DNA from: an uncultured virus (IMG/VR IMGVR_UViG_3300025120_014716)
Taxonomy: Duplodnaviria; Heunggongvirae; Uroviricota; Caudoviricetes
Virus record (IMG/VR): IMGVR_UViG_3300025120_014716
Reading direction: 5' to 3' (one strand)
Length of the DNA: 20,000 bases
How positions within the stretch are numbered: position 1 is the first letter of the stretch; every line of letters starts with the position of its first letter. The notes below the pieces were generated by a model. That model saw only the letters and a list, made by a program, of their open reading frames with translations. It had not been told where the DNA came from and made no database searches. Position numbers and translations under genes: made by a program. Shown one piece after another: positions 16,831 through 20,000 of the stretch.

Positions 16831-18420
16831 ATGGACAATAGTAATTTATCACTTGGATTTGAAGACTTCAAAGGTTCTGAAATTGCCAAATCATTCCAAG
16901 ATGAAATTGAAAAGGCAGAGGGTTTCAAACCACATATAATGTATGATCCTAAAACAGGTAAGGGTTATAAGGCTGAAAAAAAGCAGGATCATGAAAGGAT
17001 GTCCAAATTGGGGTATGTACATGAAAAACCAAGTATTGATGAAATTGAAAAAGCTAAAAAACTGGGACCTTTGGGACCTGGTAATTGGGTTACTATTGAT
17101 GGTAGGCATGTGTACCTTGATGGTAAAGGTAATGTAAAGGCAGGTAAGGTCTATGGTAAGGATGGAGACAATGTTAAAACTGTTAGTTCATCAGGATCAA
17201 ATAGTTCTGGAGGGTCCAAAGAGGGAGGATCTGGTGCAAGTGGAATGAGCGACAAAGAACTTAACTCAGCAATAAAAGAGGCAAAGTCAGCAAATGATAA
17301 AGCATCCTTTGCAGATGGATCTAAGAATAAAACAGTAGCTGACTTAAAAAAGTTAACTAATGAAAAGAAGTCCAGGACAGCATCCAAAAAAGAGGCTAAA
17401 TCAAAAGAGACTAAAGAAAAAAAGAAGGTAGATATTGCAGCAATGAATGAGAAGATGGCTGCCATGATCCAGGCATCAGGTGTCAAAGATGTTAGTATGA
17501 AAGCAGATGATGTTTCATTTGGTAAAAATACAGATGTCATTATTGATGTGAATGGTAAGAATAAGGACATGGCAGGAATGCAGATCATATTTGATGGTGA
17601 TAAGTATGAAGTTAGTGAATACCAGGCAGGTCCAAAAGGAGAAGACATGCTGATCTTTGGAGACCACAAAACTCTGGGTTCTGCAGTAAAGCAAGCATTG
17701 AAGGGTAACTATACAGATGGAGGTCAAAAACCACAAAAGGTATTAGATGGTAGTGATGGACCAGGAACTGATCTATACAAACCATTTGATAAGTATAAGA
17801 AGGAGCAGGATGCAAAAAAGTCTGGAGGTAAGAAGGATGAAAAGATGCCTATTAATCCAAAGGATTGGAAAGATGAACCAGGTAGCAGCAAACCTTCAAA
17901 AAAGAAAGAAACTCCAAAAGATGTGATCACTGAGGGAGGTGCAAATCCACAGGACTATAAAGGTGGCAAGCATCAAAGTGATCCAGGCTATAAGTCACAG
18001 TCAAAGGCTGATCAAAAAAATATTGATACACTTGCATCCACTAAGACTGTAGACTGGAATAAAACAGATCCAGATCTTAAGGCACAGTTTGATGAAGATA
18101 TGGACTATGTGAGAGAGAACCTTAACGATATGTCAGACAAGCAAATAAATGAGGCTCTTGAAGGTGATGACAAGGATAAGGCTGAACTGGCAAAAGAGGT
18201 TGTTAAGTTAAAGAAAATAAAGGATCCATTGGACCAGGCAATTGCCTTTTCCTCATCCAGTATGGCAGGTAATTATGAGTACCTTGAAGAGTCAAAAGTT
18301 GCACTTTTAGCTACAGTTGCACAAATTAAAAAAGATACTCCAGAGGCATTCAAAACATTTAATCCAAAACAAACAAGGTTATTCAAATCAATTATTATCA
18401 AAGCGTTAAACAGAATATAA
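16831..18420 (+). CDS. Modular Lys/Gly-rich protein with conserved leader; putative internal head (cargo) protein 1
   Basis: Leader NLSLGFEDFKGSEIAKSF; two DEIEKA sites; short modules (FKPHIMYDPKTG..., WVTIDGRHVYL) separated by low-complexity linkers. Confidence 0.75.
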   Translation: MDNSNLSLGFEDFKGSEIAKSFQDEIEKAEGFKPHIMYDPKTGKGYKAEKKQDHERMSKLGYVHEKPSIDEIEKAKKLGPLGPGNWVTIDGRHVYLDGKGNVKAGKVYGKDGDNVKTVSSSGSNSSGGSKEGGSGASGMSDKELNSAIKEAKSANDKASFADGSKNKTVADLKKLTNEKKSRTASKKEAKSKETKEKKKVDIAAMNEKMAAMIQASGVKDVSMKADDVSFGKNTDVIIDVNGKNKDMAGMQIIFDGDKYEVSEYQAGPKGEDMLIFGDHKTLGSAVKQALKGNYTDGGQKPQKVLDGSDGPGTDLYKPFDKYKKEQDAKKSGGKKDEKMPINPKDWKDEPGSSKPSKKKETPKDVITEGGANPQDYKGGKHQSDPGYKSQSKADQKNIDTLASTKTVDWNKTDPDLKAQFDEDMDYVRENLNDMSDKQINEALEGDDKDKAELAKEVVKLKKIKDPLDQAIAFSSSSMAGNYEYLEESKVALLATVAQIKKDTPEAFKTFNPKQTRLFKSIIIKALNRI

Positions 18421-18421
18421 A

Positions 18422-19321
18422 ATGGAAAACTTAGGACTAAATTTAGAAGACTTTGAAGGATCAGGAATTGAGAAAGGTTTTATTGGTGATATTTCAAAAG
18501 GTAAAAAAGTTCCAGTTGGAACAGTAACCAATGGTTACAAAAAAATGGGGGAAGGAAAATGGGTCCCTGTTAAGAAAGACAAAAAGAGTAAGTCTTCACC
18601 AGTTGTTAAAGAGGGTAAATACCAAAAAACTTGGCAAACACAAAAATATGTAAAGGCAGGTAATATTGAGTTGGTAGGTGATAAGCATTCCAGTCCATCC
18701 AAGCAAGTATATAAAATTAATAAAGACAAAGAGCAGGTTGGGTCATTTAGTTATGATAAGGACTCTGGATCTTATAATTTATTAGATGGTACTAAACAGT
18801 CATTTCAAAATATTGATGAGTTAGTAAAATTTTCAAAAGAGAACCTTACTTCAACAAATCCAAATCAAGAGGAGGATACTTATTTCTCTGATGGTGCAGA
18901 CAGACAGCCAATAAGAAAGGTCCAGGTAGGAAAATTTCTATTAGATGGGTCTAAGAGTGACATCAAAGTTGGTGTTTATGATGGTGAAAATCAAGTTGGT
19001 GAAGTTTACTTTGATGAGGATGACAATGGTTTTTGGACAAGTGGCAGTGGTAGTAATATTTTACTTAAAAAAGAGGGTGGTCAAACCTGGTATCCTTCTA
19101 TACAAAAAATTGTTGATACTCTTAAAGATAATCAGGGTTCATCAAACACTGGTAAGGATGTTGCAGAAAGAATGAAAAGTTCTAAGTGGGGAGGTCAAAG
19201 TACTTTTCCTACAAGTGTAATTGAAAAGGTTTCCAAGATGGACAATGTTACCAGAGAGGACCTTGAGAAAGTAGTTCCAGATTATATTGCAGGATCAGAG
19301 TTAACAAAAGTTTTAAAGTGA
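18422..19321 (+). CDS. Modular protein with conserved leader; putative internal head (cargo) protein 2
   Basis: Leader NLGLNLEDFEGSGIEKGF; VPVGTVxNGYKKMxEGKWVPVK module shared with the next ORF. Confidence 0.75.
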   Translation: MENLGLNLEDFEGSGIEKGFIGDISKGKKVPVGTVTNGYKKMGEGKWVPVKKDKKSKSSPVVKEGKYQKTWQTQKYVKAGNIELVGDKHSSPSKQVYKINKDKEQVGSFSYDKDSGSYNLLDGTKQSFQNIDELVKFSKENLTSTNPNQEEDTYFSDGADRQPIRKVQVGKFLLDGSKSDIKVGVYDGENQVGEVYFDEDDNGFWTSGSGSNILLKKEGGQTWYPSIQKIVDTLKDNQGSSNTGKDVAERMKSSKWGGQSTFPTSVIEKVSKMDNVTREDLEKVVPDYIAGSELTKVLK

Positions 19322-19327
19322 TAAATT

Positions 19328-20000
19328 ATGGATAGTTTAAGTTTGAATATAGAAGACTTCAAGGGATCAGGAATTGACAAAGGGTTTGTCAATAACAACC
19401 TGGAAAAGGGTAAGGCAGTACCTGTAGGAACTGTTTCAAATGGTTATAAGAAAATGGCTGAGGGTAAGTGGGTCCCTGTTAAAGAAGGAGGATCTGGTTA
19501 TAAAGAAAACAAACCAAGTGGCTATACAGATAACATGGCAAATAAGGAAGGTAAGATGCAAGCAGCCAAAGATGCAATGCCAAAGCCAACTGAAGATGAC
19601 AAAGCGTACTTTAAGGAAAACAAAGAGGCTATAATGGCTATCATTGAAAATGATCCATTTGTATCTGTAAAGGAGGTTATTGATGATCATAGAAAGGATA
19701 ATAAAGAGTCAAAGATTAAGCAGGCAGGTAAGGCAATTAAAAAAATGGCAAATAGGTTTACTGAGGATATTAAGGACATCCTTGGTGCATCAGATCCATC
19801 CTATATGCCAAAAGGTCCAGATGTATCCAAAGGTGAAGTAAACCTTGGATTAAATACAGATCACTTCAAAGGTTCTCCAGTTGAAAAGGGTCTCCAGGGA
19901 CTTGACAAAAGCCTATGGGCAAACATAAGGGCAAACAGGGGATCAGGTAAGCAACCAACTCCTGAGATGTTGGAGCAAGAAAGAAAGATCAAGGCAAGCG
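19328..20000 (+). CDS. Modular protein with conserved leader; putative internal head (cargo) protein 3 (partial, runs off the window)
   Basis: Missing from the ORF track. Manually translated as MDSLSLNIEDFKGSGIDKGFVNNNLEKGKAVPVGTVSNGYKKMAEGKWVPVK..., open to position 20000. Confidence 0.85.
   Translation, partial: MDSLSLNIEDFKGSGIDKGFVNNNLEKGKAVPVGTVSNGYKKMAEGKWVPVKEGGSGYKENKPSGYTDNMANKEGKMQAAKDAMPKPTEDDKAYFKENKEAIMAIIENDPFVSVKEVIDDHRKDNKESKIKQAGKAIKKMANRFTEDIKDILGASDPSYMPKGPDVSKGEVNLGLNTDHFKGSPVEKGLQGLDKSLWANIRANRGSGKQPTPEMLEQERKIKAS

Noticed and set aside
17151..17669. 172-aa minus-strand ORF and other antisense or nested ORFs in the track
   Set aside because: These are shadows of plus-strand genes, with Ser/Phe/Leu-rich composition mirroring the Lys/Glu-rich sense codons and no recognisable motifs.
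18422..19483. Similar 5' ends of two ORFs as a DGR template/variable repeat pair
   Set aside because: Differences are not adenine-restricted, both copies are N-terminal coding sequence, and no reverse transcriptase is present in the window.
1..20000. Stop-codon reassignment (alternative genetic code)
   Set aside because: Portal, helicase and RNase H are full length under code 11, and TAA, TGA and TAG all end genes at tight junctions.

Overview
AT-rich (roughly one-third GC by eye), gene-dense segment of a large tailed-phage genome, most likely infecting a Bacteroidota/Flavobacteriia host. The host inference rests on TAnnTTTG-type promoters and A-rich starts lacking Shine-Dalgarno sites. The left two-thirds holds DNA-metabolism and accessory genes: a RuvC-like resolvase, a wHTH protein, RNase H, a Pif1/RecD-like helicase, a GP88-family protein, a 2OG-Fe(II) oxygenase and many small ORFs. 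The right third begins the head module: a DUF2280/TerS-like protein, portal, a holin-like protein, a stand-alone PAS protein and a tandem family of modular proteins. Notable observations: (1) three tandem proteins share a ~28-aa N-terminal leader, with a fourth copy inside the third protein, suggesting a capsid-targeting and protease-cleaved cargo system; (2) about 127 CCWGG sites against only about 40 CpG and no CTAG seen, all counted by eye; (3) a promoter-proximal pseudoknot-like RNA leader; (4) a 39-bp promoter/operator motif present three times; (5) an exact 38-bp tandem duplication that frameshifts a gene. All family calls come from motif recognition, not database searches.
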